48,995 nt of DNA from Callorhinchus milii (Eukaryota): contig NW_024705392.1 of NCBI RefSeq assembly GCF_018977255.1, positions 1-48,995 on the forward strand, read 5' to 3'. Positions 36,603 through 48,733 of this stretch are shown piece by piece (within the stretch, counting starts at the first letter, position 1; the number at the start of each line of letters is the position of its first letter). The notes below the pieces were generated by a model. The model had not been told where the DNA came from, made no database searches, and worked only from the letters and a program-made list of their open reading frames with translations. A program made the position numbers and the translations under genes.

Positions 36603-39600
36603 TTGTGAGAGACACAGTGTGTGTTAGAGAGAGGTGAGAGACACAGATGCAGAGAGACTGAGAGCGTGAGAGAAACAGATTTTAGATAGAGGGACTGAGA
36701 GTGAGCCACGCAGTATTTTAGAGTCTGAGAGACTGTGTGAGAGAGACACAGTGTATTAGAGAGAGAGAGAGAGAGAGAGATGTTGAGAGACAGGGCTCGT
36801 GTGGAGTGGCAGGAGGGGCAGTGAAGGTCACTCTTCGAGCCTACCCAATCAAGACAATAATACTTGCTTTTGGCACAGATTCTTTCGTGTCAGGAGGATG
36901 TCACAAATCATGTCACAAGATATACTGTAATGTGATGTAATTATGTATTTTGTGAGTGAACAAAGTCTGCGTAGTTTGGAATAGTAACGTTCCACAAACA
37001 GCCATGAATCAACAATGATATTGGAGGATTGTTGGCTGTGCTAAAGTACAAGATGGGCTCATCTGGGAATTGAACCCGGGACCTTTCACTTTTCCTTGAA
37101 TTTTAAGACCAAAGCGAGTAACATGCGGCTCGACCAACCAGTCTCGGTCTCTGGTTTGGATATAAAGATTTTGAATCGAATCGAAAATGTGACTCTATTT
37201 TCCCATCACTTACATTTCTGTCATGAGGGATTCAAAAGACACCAGTTGCTAAGCCGTACGGAAATCGATGGACACAATGTAGGTGTTTTCCTCTGAATCT
37301 TACAACTCTCTGTGATCTTATACAGAGCCACAACATGTCCCCACACATTGCTCACAGAGCAGAAGACATCCTGCTCTTTTAAGAGCCGCTCCCTACAAAC
37401 TATCTGCAGTGACTGCCTAAAGCAACACTTTAAGAGCCACTGCATTCAGTGAGATTCCTGGCCAGTTCTGGGTCTGACTTGCGGACAGACACCACAATTG
37501 CCCTCTGGACACTGACAGAGAGGAAGGAGCGCGAGTCTCAGAAAGAGTCCTGGTGAAGATTAACTTATTAATTCTCCTGGACTTAATGAGATGTATTTTA
37601 CCATCTGATTTCACGCAAATTACATTAATACAGAAATATCTGCTCCCCCTCTGGTCACCCAGAGACCGGCTTCCTTATGTGATTGCAATGGTCTCAAAAG
37701 CCAACAGTGCAGCAGTGCCGGGGACCTCTCCATTTAAATCTGTATTACTGAAAGCCACACAGAGGCCCGGACACATACAGCTGAATAGTGGACACCTGAT
37801 GCTTTATTTACCACCATTCTGCAAACAAATATTTAATTCAACAATGGTTACAGGAGCGATATCGCAGCCTTTAGCTCAGCTCATATTTAATATTTTATAA
37901 GTCCGCGTAATGAGCAATACAGTTCAAATGTCCCTATTGAGTACACATGTACAGATGAACAACCGAATGTCTATCCTCAGCTCAAAGTATTTTCTGGAGA
38001 AAAAAGACAAACTCACATTTCTTTAACTGCTTTGTTTTAAACGCTGCTATTTCTCACAAACATTCACCTGCTCTCTCCTTCTCCATATCTGAGCTCTAGA
38101 CTTTCTCCATTTCGAAACTATTCAAAACCGAGCAGCGGAGTTTTGTATTAATTGAATTTTGTGTATTGTGGAGTTGGGGAGACCAGCGAGGAGGGCATTG
38201 GCACGGTCCAGCCGGGAAGTGACGAAGGCGTCGATGAGTGGTTTGGCTGCTGAGGATGTGAGGTATGGATGGAGATGAGCAATGTGGCGGAGTTGGAATA
38301 AAGTGGTCCTGGTCAGGGAATGGATATGGGGTAGAAAAGTAAGCTGTCGGTGACTAGTTTTGCTCATTCTTCTGATGATAATTGTGCATTTCATTTGCTC
38401 CCTTCACGTTCTCTGATATAAATACTCTTTGATTCTGAATAATGTCTGAAACATCCAATATTTCTCCGGAATGTCTTGAAGATATTATGAGGCGCTATAT
38501 CAGATGCAGGGATTATAATTTTATTATATAATGGGATTGTTATTATTGTTGAAAAGCAGATTGGAGTTTCGAAGCGGGTTTACTGTCCAGAGAAATATAG
38601 AGACAAAACTCCGGTAAAGAAATTCTGTATTTCTGTTTAATTATTTTTTTCCTTTTGCAGTTACATTTTTGAACCCCTTTCGCAGGGAGGTTTGTGTGGT
38701 TTATGCTTTATATTCGGTAACGCTGCTAAGCTAAACACCATGTCCATGGGCATGGGACATCCTTCTGATGTGAAAGGCGCTCTATAAATGTAATCTTGTT
38801 GTTGTTGTTGATGACAGTGGTTCAGCTGCACATCAGCCTTTGCCATTGGACCAATATTAACCTTCTCATACAACTTGACATGCGCTGGTCTGAACTTTAA
38901 CACCTGGAGAAGCTTCCCTTCTCTTTACCCAACAGCGACTTCTTTAACATCTGTCCTGAACGCGGCAGAAACTGGTCCTCAATTTATCATGTTATCTGAG
39001 AGGCTCAGGTAGTGTAGAAAGACTGAGAGTACGGGAGACACTTTTTGTGAGAGAGAGAATGAGAGAAAGAGAAAGGCTGAGTGAGGCGTACGGACACAGT
39101 AACAGACAGACGAATATGTTTTGTCTGCTGTCGTGCAGCCTGTAAAGCGTGTTGAAATGCTCTGCTGATATGAGGAGGGAAGTGGTTACACACAGCGATA
39201 CCACAGAGATCCGTTTTCACAGCTCAAACCTCATCTCTTGTTCCTTTTTCAGCTTCTCACAGTTCGTTTGTTTTTATTAGTTCTCATTTTGTTAATTTCC
39301 ACCAAATAAAGTAGAAGCTGAGGTGAGCGGGTGTCTGGTGAGGCTCAGGGATAGGGTCAAGTTTAGGGTCAGGGTTTGGTCTTAGAGTCAGGTTTAGGTT
39401 GAGGTTGAAGGTGGGTTTAGGGAGAGTGTCCACGTCAGGTTCATGTTTAGGGTCAGTGATAGTGATGAGGTGAGGATGGTTCTGTGGGATTGTAGTGGCT
39501 CCGGGTGAGGCTCAGGTTAATGGGAGACCAGAATCCAGGACACACTGCGTGATGTTGTGGGTGATAATCATAATAATCCTTGCATTTGATTCAGCGACTT

Positions 39601-39764
39601 ATCACATCTTCGAGGCATCTCCAAGTGCTTTGCATGATATACTGTAAAGCGAATTGACTGTATATTTTGTGGGCTGGTCTGTATGACGGTCTGTGTGTTG
39701 GGACCAGGTGGTTGCAGTTCGGCGAGAGCCACACGGGGTGTGTGAGTTGCAGAATTCTGGAATA

Positions 39765-40310
39765 CTGCAGCTCAGAAGGAGGCCGTTTGGTCCATCGTGC
39801 CTGTGCCAGCTCTTTGGAAGAGATGCCCAATCAGTCTTTTCCCCATTCTTTTCCCATATCCTTGCAAATGTTTCCACTTCAATTACTTCAATCCATCCCC
39901 TGTCTCCCCAAGTCTCCATTCAATTCCCTTTTCAAGTACCTGTCTAATTCCCTTTGGCAAGTTGTTATTGAATATGTTTCACCACCCTTTCAGGCAATGT
40001 GCTCCAGTCCTTAAAACTTCCTGTGTAAAAAACAATTCTCCTTGTCTGCTTTGCCCACTGGTTGTTTTGCCAATTATCTTAACTTTTTGTGTCTGGTTAC
40101 CAACCCACCAACCAGTGGAAACAGTATCTTCCTCCTACTCTTTCAAATCCCTCATAATTTTGAAATGAATACTATTAAGTCCCCCCTCAAGCTTCTCTGC
40201 CCTTAGGAGAATATTCGCAGCTTCTCTTGTGTCTCCACATAAATGTAATCCAACATCCCTGGTACCATATCTTGGTAAATCTCCCCTGTAGCCTCTCCAA
40301 GGCCTTGGTA
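39765..40310 (-). mobile_element. CR1 LINE 3' fragment, arm partner of 5955-6500
   Basis: Reverse complement of the left-arm copy. Confidence 0.8.
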
Positions 40311-40480
40311 TTCTTCCTAGAGTTGGGTGTCACTGCTTTCATTTAACTACTAAAACCGCGAAGTTTGTCCCCTGTGGACGCTGGTGAGCTGCCGCTGTTT
40401 GTCCAGCTCAGACACCCCATCCCCACTGCCCCATCAGAGCTGACAGTGTTAACAACAACCAACAACTGCAGGTGAGCAGT

Positions 40481-40551
40481 GGGCGGAGGGGGTGATGACA
40501 GAGGTGTTGTAATTCCAATGAGACTTCATGACTGTGCTGGTTTCCTGTGGT
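40481..40551 (+). promoter_or_regulatory. Putative promoter motifs of copy B: GC box and ETS/RUNX site
   Basis: GGGCGG at 40481-40486 and TTTCCTGTGGT at 40541-40551, upstream of the ATG at 40753. Confidence 0.4.
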
Positions 40552-40752
40552 CAGTGTGGAGAGAGCGAGAGAGATTAAGAGTATGTGTGTCACAGCGAAG
40601 TGGGTATTCGGGGACCGTAGAGCGAAGGGATCGCGGCAAATGCTGCTCCTGAGATCTCCTCCGTGTGGTTTATCTCCAAGTCTGCGGAGACCCCACATTC
40701 CAGACACAAGCCTCCGGCCTTTGACACTCACGAGCTCCTTCTCATCCTCAAG

Positions 40753-40780
40753 ATGAACCCATTTTTTGTTTTCCTCTTCG
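40753..40780 (+). CDS. SRCR-Ig receptor copy B, leader exon 1 (MNPFFVFLF)
   Basis: caagATGAACCCATTTTTTGTTTTCCTCTTCG|gtgagt; 28 coding nt, phase 1. Confidence 0.78.
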
Positions 40781-41986
40781 GTGAGTATTATTTGTAACCC
40801 AATAACAAACATGACCCTTGTGTCCTGTTCAACTGTCAACGGTCCATCATCTCTCACATCTGTGGCATGAGAGAAGGGAAGACAGGAGGGAGGGAAGAAG
40901 AGGTGAGGGAGGAGGGAAGGAGAGAGATGAGGAGAGGGGTGGGTGGAAGAATGAAGCGAGTAGAGAGGGGAGAGTGGAGGAGAGAAGAGAGGCGAGGAGA
41001 GCAGAGAGAGCATAGGAGAGAATGGCGGAGAGAACAGAGGGTGAAGGAGAGCCGGGAAGAGAGGAGAGACTTGAGGAGTGGCGAGAGGGTATGAAAGGAG
41101 GGAGGGGTGTGGGAGGAGAGTGCGGCAGAGAGAAGAGAGGGCAGGAGAAGAGAGAGGGCAGAGGAGAGAAGGAGGAGTAGAGAGGAGAGGAGAGTGGGAA
41201 GGAGATGAGACAAGGGTTGGTGAGGAGAGAGATGTGGAGAGGAGAGATGGGAGAGCAGAGAGGAGAGGAGAGGGGGCCAGACAGGAGAGAGGAGCGGAGA
41301 GGAGAGAGGGTAGGAAAGGGAGATGGATAGCAGAGGAGAGGGTGGGGAGGAGAGAGGGGCGGAGAGCAGAGTGGGGGCAGAGAGGAAGATGGGAGAAGAG
41401 GAGAGTATAGGGAGAAGAGAGGAGGCTGTAGAGAGGGGAGAGGAGATTAGAGCGGTGAGAAGGGAGGGCAAGGGAGGGAGAGGAGGAGAGTAGAGGGAGT
41501 TGAACAGAGGCGTTGTGTTTCTGATCCTTCACCAAACCTCATCTTCTTTGAGAAGCGAATCAGAAACACAAACACAAGCAATCCATGGGCAGAAAATGAC
41601 TGTTCAGCCAATTGGTGTGTGTGCGTCTGTGAAATAGTTTTGTGGTCAGTCCCAATTCTCCTCCTCTCCCTATCGTGTCTGCGCTGGTGCTCAACCCCAC
41701 CACCACACCCTCACCGTCCCCCCACCACCCTCCCCCAACACTGGAGCTCTCTACTCTATACCCATTCCCTATCCTCTCTCTCCCCATCGTGTCTGTGCTG
41801 GTGCTCAACACCACCACCACAACCTCCCCCTCCCCCCACCAACAACCCCAACACTGGTACTCTCTACTCTATTCCCATTCCCTCTCAACTCTCTCTCCCC
41901 ATCGCGTCTGTGATGGTGCTCTCTCACCTACTGGGGCCCTTTTTGGTGATGACCAAAATGGCTGCCCGTTAAGGACTGACTATTAT

Positions 41987-42314
41987 GGAGTCCTGTAGCT
42001 CAGTGGTTAGAGCACTCGCTTTGCAAGCGAGAGACCTGAGTACAATTCCAGGCAGGTCAGGGCGAAACCTTGGGCAAGTTTCCTTACTCCACACAGAGCC
42101 TAATAATAATTCCTCCAAAAACCCAAAACAATAATAAATTTGTCATTTTCCATCTACGACTGTTTGTGGGATATTGCTGTGCGCAACTGGCTGCCACATT
42201 CGCCCACAAATATACATTCAGTTCACTTTACAGCGTGATCAGTGAAGCGTTTTGGGACGTCCTCCCGACGTGAAAAGCGCTCTATCAAATGCAAGGATTA
42301 TTATTATTGTTATT
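41987..42314 (+). mobile_element. Full-length SINE, arm partner of 4028-4354
   Basis: tRNA A/B-box head, same body, (ATT)n tail, same flanks as the left-arm copy. Confidence 0.9.
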
Positions 42315-42408
42315 GATGGTGTGAGAGACCGGACTGATCAGATTATTGACTGCGTGAGGTACTGAATCAGTAATTCCTGCTTTGATCTTGTTTTTTTTCC
42401 TCGTGCAG

Positions 42409-42444
42409 TGATATTTCTGGAGAGAAAGACGGTGGAATGTGCAG
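42409..42444 (+). CDS. SRCR-Ig receptor copy B, 36-nt leader mini-exon ((V)IFLERKTVECA)
   Basis: ttttttttcctcgtgcag|TGATATTTCTGGAGAGAAAGACGGTGGAATGTGCAG|gtcagt. Confidence 0.78.
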
Positions 42445-45130
42445 GTCAGTGACGCAGTCCCACAGCCAGCAGCTGCTGTGGGACCATTAGCTGCTGAGGG
42501 TGAGACTCAGCCTCTCTTCAGCTCCATCGGGGGAACAGGAAGAGAAACCATCACACAATCTACAGGCCACGTTAATAGTCTGGTTCCAACCACACCCTTG
42601 TCCCCCGTGATCTCTGTTCCTCCATTGGAGACCACGCATTTGGCCACGACAGCCCGAAACCCTTAAACACTCTTCCTCTATCACTCTGTGTCACCGTATT
42701 TAACCATCTGCAGAAGCAGAAGACCTTCCTGTCAACAGTGCCTCAGGTCACCTCCTCAAACCCGCGGCTTGGATTCATGCTGAGCTTCTGTAGGGCTGTG
42801 GGATGCTATCCTGTGTGAGGGGAGCATTGAAACCACAGGTTCCTGTTGCTGTGGCTGCTGTGTGTCTGGGTTTACAGAAGGTATTTTTATAAGGTGTCAC
42901 CTGTGACGATGGTGGGAACCTCAGGGGGGACGTGGGGTCTTTGGAGGGTGCGGTCGTGGCTCCCCCGAGGTTTGTTAGTGAATAAAGCTGTGCTCTGAAT
43001 GGGGCTATGCCGGGTTGTGCGTGTGTGTGTGGGGGGGTGGGGTGTGTGGGGGGGATGTGGGAGTGCCTGTGCCCTAAAAAAGGGCTGTGCATGGGCAGGT
43101 GCTGTGCCTCGGGACGGGTGGGCCATGGGGAGGAGCTGTGCCGGGGAGTGTATCTGTGCTCTGGTTTGCTGTACGTTCAGTGGTCAGATGTGTCTGGGGG
43201 TGGTTCTGCGCCTTGGGGGGGGGGGGGGGGGGCTGCGCCTTGGATGAGGGCTGCGCATTGGGGCAGTAGTTGTGACTTGGGGGAGGGGCTTTGCCTGCTG
43301 GGGCTTGCCCTGTGGGTGGCTGGGTGTGGTCTATGCCTTTGGTGCGCTGTACCTTGTGTGGTGGAGGTCTTGTGCCTGGGTAGCGCAGTACCCTGGGGTA
43401 AGGGAGTGTGCCCTAGGGAAAGGTACTAGACCCTGTGTAGGTTGTGCCCTTTTGAGATACTGTACCTGGGCGGGGCTGCAACTCAGGAGGAGCTGTGCCC
43501 TGAGGGAGGTACTGCCCTTGGGCGGAGGGTCCGTGCCGGGGTGGGAGGTTGGGGAAGGAGCTGTGCCTGGGACACTCTGTGCCTGGGTGAAGCTGGGTCT
43601 GGGTGGAGGGTTCCTGCGGTGGGGCTGAGCCCTGGGTGTGTTATATCTGTTGTGGCTGTGCCTGGAGTTTGTGTTCTGTGCCCCATGGGGTAGATGTACA
43701 GTACAGTGCACCGGTACAGTTTTGGGGGAGGTGATCTGTGACCTGGGGGAGGGTTTGTGGCTGCGGGAGAGGTCTGTGCCTGGAGATGTCTGTGTTTGAG
43801 TTTGGTTGTACCCTGGGGAGGAGGGGGCGGGGCACTGGAGAATGGGGCTGTGGCCTGTGTTGAGCTGTGCCTTGTTGAGGGGGGCTGTGGCTCAGGGATG
43901 CGTGTGCTTGACTTTGCCCTGAGGGTTTGTGCCTTGGGGTGTGCGGAGTCTGTGTCTGGGGTTATCTGTGCCTTTGTAGGTCTGTGCCTTGCAGGGGTTG
44001 TGATGGGGACGGGTGAGGTGTGAGGGGGCGCGCGGAGGGGTTTGTGTGCACTGGGGGAGGCGGCTGTGCCTTGTGCGTGAGGGCTGCGCTCTAGGGGGGA
44101 GGGTGTGCTCTGAAGGGATGGTCTGTACCCTGGGCGGTGGGAGGGTTTCTGTGCCGGGGGTCCTGTTTTGTGTGACGCTGAATTCTTATATCCCCCCCAC
44201 CCGCCCTGGAGAGCGTACCCCTGAGCTGTGAGTCTGCGGCCAGCATCGTGTCCCCGCGTTTAGTGTGTAACTCTGTCTGTTTGTATATAAACTGTGCAAC
44301 TTGGCCCTGACACAAACCTGAGATATTAATATGATAATAAAAGGGCAGTATCTGTGTCTGTATCTGTGTATCTGCCTATAGCGCAAAAACCGATTGATCG
44401 ACAGAGATGCTTTATAACTCAACAGAAATATCGTTTATGCGCTAATATCAAGGGCTCAGCTTCCGGGATCTCCTATCGTTTATGAGCTTTATTTAATAAA
44501 ATTAATTAATTTAGCTGCAATAAGGATGATTGCAACATGGTTGTGACAGAGATAATACAACAACTTTATGGAGAGATACATCTGTACTAATATTTTCCGT
44601 AAGAAAGTAAAAAACAATGGAAATAATCTCGTATCGTTATATAAAGTACAATAATTTGATATAAATTATGATAATATAAAATATAATATTGTAATGCAAA
44701 CTACAATAATCTAATATAAAGATTAATATTAGAAAATATAATGTAGTATAATAATCTAATACAAAGTATAATAATATACAGTGTAATGATATAAAATATA
44801 ATAATATAATAAAGTAAGATAATATAATATAAAGTATAATAACACTATCCTTTGTTTGCAGACGTAGCTGTGACGGATAAAGGTAGTTGCGTAATAAACT
44901 TCTGTGAAGCGCTTTGGAACGTCAAGAAGACGTGAAAAGCGCTACATCAAATGCAAGGATTATTATAGTTAAAATGTTACTGTTGTTACCATTGACGTTG
45001 TATTGCTTAGCCCCCAGACACCCTCCCACTGTGACAGACGCTCTGTACATGTACATTATATGGTAATATCCTGTGTGACTGGAAGTCAAAAGGGTAACAG
45101 AATCCTAACACTGTGTGTGATGTTTTACAG

Positions 45131-45765
45131 GGAGTGCGAGTGTGCGGCTGGTGAATGGCGGCAGCCCGTGTGCCGGGACAGTGGAGGTGTACTATGGAGG
45201 ACATTGGTACACATTGTATGGCGATGGCTCTGATGGCTATGGTTGGGAAATGAAAGACGCGGCTGTGGTGTGTAAGGAGTTGGGCTGTGGAGCAGCGATG
45301 TCGGCACCAGTGTCTCAACAACAACAACAACAACAAGATTCCATTTATAGAGCGCCTTTCACGTCAGGAGGACGTCCCAAGGCGCTGCACAGTTGGGTCA
45401 TGACCCGAGCAGGGGGGAAATGGTCAGGGTGAGGGGAGGGAAGGGAGGGAGAGAGGAGGGGGAAATGGTCAGGGTGAGGGGAGGGAAGGGAGGGAGCGAG
45501 GAGGAGGAAGAGAGTCGAGAGGGAGCTGAAGGCACGGTCAAAGAGAAAGGTTTTGAGACCGGCCTTGAAGGAGGAAAGGGAGGAAGCAAGGCGAAGGCAC
45601 TGGGGGATGGAGTTCCAGAGCCGTCTCAGTTTGGGAAAGGCTCACGTCCCGCTGTGGTGTATAATGTTCGGTGCAGAGGGAGCGAGTCTGCTCTGAGGGA
45701 TTGTCCAGGGAAGTGGAGTAACTATTCCGGGTCACACTACGCTGATGCCGGCGTCATCTGCTCAG
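45131..45765 (+). pseudogene. SRCR exon of copy B, disrupted by an L2 insertion (frameshift)
   Basis: [23 protein letters not shown]...[15 protein letters not shown] [insert] QFGKGSRPAVVYNVRCRGSESALRDCPGKWSNYSGSHYADAGVICS. Splice sites intact (ttttacag, G|gtaaat). The insertion adds 311 nt (305 + 6 TSD), which is not a multiple of 3; the 5' frame stops at 45432. Confidence 0.92.
45318..45622 (-). mobile_element. Young 5'-truncated L2 insertion inside the SRCR exon, GTCTCA TSD
   Basis: GTCTCA at 45312-45317 and 45623-45628 flank the element. The left-arm empty site reads gcaccagtggctcagtttggg. Confidence 0.92.
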
Positions 45766-46650
45766 GTAAATAATTCATTCTCTGATCATTTTTCGCTTCT
45801 CATGTTTTGGGTAAAACACAGTTTGAGAAACTCTGATCAAGTTTCTATCCCACAATCTGTCAGTTTATTATTAAACCTGGGAGGGTGGGAGGGAGGGATG
45901 CCAAAGGGCCTGGGATCACTGACCCTGGTTACACTCATATGATGGTAGAGTCATCTGCTCAGGTAACTCTGTCTGACTCTGATCATCACCTCGGTCTCGG
46001 AGTGGGTGGGGTAGGCTGACCACGGTGGGGGTTGGGGGGAGCACGGAAGGGAGCAAGTGGTGGAGGGGGCAAATGGGGCGGTGAACACGGGGAGGGTTGA
46101 GCTCTGGGGGTAACATAAGTGTGTGAGCACTGGGGGAACACAGGGGAATGAGCACAGTGGAGGTGAGCGTAGGGTTGGTGAGCACAGGGGCTGAGTATGT
46201 GGTGGCACAGAGTGGGTGACCCCGAAGGGGAGGGGTGTGAGTCAAGGGGCACAAAGCAAAAGGGGGTACAGTGGGTTGAGCACAGGTGGGGTCAGCACAG
46301 TGGGGGTGAGCACACGGGGGAGGGGTGAGCACAGTTGGGGTGAGCACACGGGGGAGGGGTGATCACAGTGGGGGTCAGCACACGGGGAGGGGTGAACACA
46401 GTGGATGGAGCATGGGTCGGGGGGCACAGGAGACAATAAAGTGGCTTGTGGACATTGGTGAGCGGGAGGAGCAGAGGAGGGTAAAACAGTTGGTTGAACA
46501 GGTGGGGGGCACAAGTGGGGGCAAAGTGGGGGAGAAAACTGGGGAACACAGGGTGTTTAACACAGGTGGGTGCGCACTGGGGCAGAATACAGGGAGTTGA
46601 GCACAGGGGTGGGGGTGAGCACAGGTTTGGAGCGGAGCACAGGGAAGGGT

Positions 46651-46966
46651 GGAGTCCTGTAGCTCAGTGGTTAGAGCACTCGCTTTGTAAGTGAGAGACC
46701 TGAGTTCAATTCCAGCAGGGCGAACCTTGGAAGTTTTCTTACTACACACGCTAATAATAATCCTCCAAAACCCAAACAATAATAAATTGGTCATTTCAAT
46801 CTAGACTGTTTGTGGGAATTGCTGTGCGCAATTGGCTGCCGCGTTCGCCCACAAATATCAGTCATTCACTTTACAGTGTGTTCTGTGAAGCTCTTTGGGA
46901 CGTGCTCCCGAAGTGAAAAGCGCTATATCAAATGCAAGGATTATTATTATTATTATTATTATTATT
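46651..46966 (+). mobile_element. SINE present only in the right arm, with an AAGGGTG target-site duplication
   Basis: aggg-AAGGGTG-gagtcctgtagctc...(att)n-AAGGGTG-aacacaggg. The left arm (~72-95, reverse complement agggaagcgtgaacacaggg) is the empty site. Confidence 0.9.
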
Positions 46967-47877
46967 AAGGGTGAACACAGGGTTTGGGGTGAGAACATGG
47001 TGGGGAGAGCACAAGGAGCGTGAGCACGGTTTGGGTGATCTCTCAGTTGTCCATGGGTTGGGTTGAGCCGAGGGGAGGTGAGCATCGGGGTTGAGCACAG
47101 GGGTACATTGACCACAGGGGAAGTGAGCACCGTTTGATGAGCAGAGATGATTAGCAGAGAGGGAGTGCAGAGGTGGTGGGCAGAGGGTACGGGCAGAACG
47201 GGTGGGCAGAGGGGATGAGCAGAGGGGGTGGGCAGAATTGGTGGGCAGAGGGGTTGAGCAGAGGGGGTGGGCAGAGGAGTTGATCACAAGCGGAGGGGAA
47301 GGCAGCCATGGGTCGGAGCATCAGGGCAGGTGAGCACAGTGGGGTACATAGGGTGGGAGCACAGCGGGAGGGACTGAGCGCACGGTGAGGCTGCGCACAA
47401 GGGGAGGAGCTGAATGAAGGGGGTACTCAACACAGGGGGAGGGGCTTAGCACAGGGGGAGGGGCTGAGCACAGTGGGAGTGGCTGAGCACAGGGGGAGGG
47501 GCTGATAAATGTGGGAGGGGCTGAGTGCAGGGGGCACTCAACACAGGGGACGGGCTTAATACAGGGGGACGGCTTAATACAGGGCGAGCGGCTGATGAAA
47601 GGGGGAGCGGCTGAGCACACGGGGAGGGGCTGAGCACAGGGGGAGGGGCTGATGACAGGGGGAGGGGCTGAGCACAGGGGGAGGGGCTGAGCACAAGGGG
47701 TGGGGCTGAGCACAGGGTGAGGGGCTGCGCACAGGGGGAGGGTTTGAGCACATTGGGCGTGGTTGAGCGCAGTGGGAGGGGTTGAGCGCAGTGGGACGGT
47801 TTGAGAAAGTGGGAGGGGCTTAGCACAGTGAGCGGAGCTGCACAAAGTGGGAGGGTCTGAGCACAGGGTGAGGAGCT

Positions 47878-48625
47878 GAGCTCACACTGACTCCGAGCTC
47901 ACACTGACCCCGAGCTCACACTGACCCCGAGCTCACACTGACCCCGAGCTCACACTGACCCCGAGCCCACACTGACCCGAGCTCTCAATGACCCCGAGCT
48001 CACACTGACCCCGAGCTCACACTGACCCGGAGCTCACACTGACCCAGATTTCGCACTCATTCCGAGCTCACACTGACACCGAGCCCACACTGACCCCCAC
48101 CCCACACTGACGCCCACTCCACACTGAGCCCGAGCTCGCACCGACACCCCCTCAGCTCACACTGACGACCCCCAGCTCACACTGACCCCGAGCCTACACT
48201 GACACCAAGCCCACATTGACCCCCACCCCACACTGACCCGCACACCAAACTGAGCACGAGTCCACACCGACCCCTCCCCCTCAGCTCTCACTGACCCACC
48301 CCCAGCACACATTGACCCCGAGCTCACACTGACTCCGCCCAGCACACACTGACCCCGAGTTCACACTGACTCCCCCCAGCCCACACTAACCCCGAGGCCA
48401 CACTGACCCCCACCCCAAACTGAGCACGAGCTTACACCGACCACCCCCAGTTCTCACTGACCCGACCAGCTCATACTGAACCCCAGCTCACACTGACCAA
48501 GAGCTCACACTGACCCCCAGCTCACACTGACCCCGAGCTCACACTGACCCCGAGCTCACACTGACCCCGAGCTCAAACAGACCCCCAGCTCACACTGACC
48601 CCCAGTTCACACTGACCCCCCAGCT
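47878..48625. repeat. 17-bp tandem repeat GAGCTCACACTGACCCC
   Basis: Near-perfect units at 47878-48045 and 48485-48625, degenerate in between; lies just upstream of the Ig exon. Confidence 0.92.
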
Positions 48626-48733
48626 CAGTCTCCCAGGCTGAGGCCGGGCTGATTGTCCACCATGATATTTACTGTCACAGCACAGATCAGAGCGAGTGGT
48701 TGTGAGACCGTATTGACTGTGTTTTTATTGCAG

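Larger units (their letters stand above)
29978..47027. repeat. Right arm of the inverted segmental duplication
   Basis: 29,978 onward is the reverse complement of ~15,755 downward; 46,970-47,027 matches window positions ~27-85. Carries arm-specific insertions (34509-34815, 45318-45622, 46651-46966). Confidence 0.95.

Noticed and set aside
45142..45432. SRCR-polyQ fusion ORF (SQQQQQQQD)
   Set aside because: The polyQ is the antisense (TTG)n tail of the inserted L2; the frame terminates prematurely.
47878..48625. Regular short repeats superficially like a CRISPR array
   Set aside because: Head-to-tail tandem 17-mers without unique spacers, in eukaryotic DNA with no cas genes.
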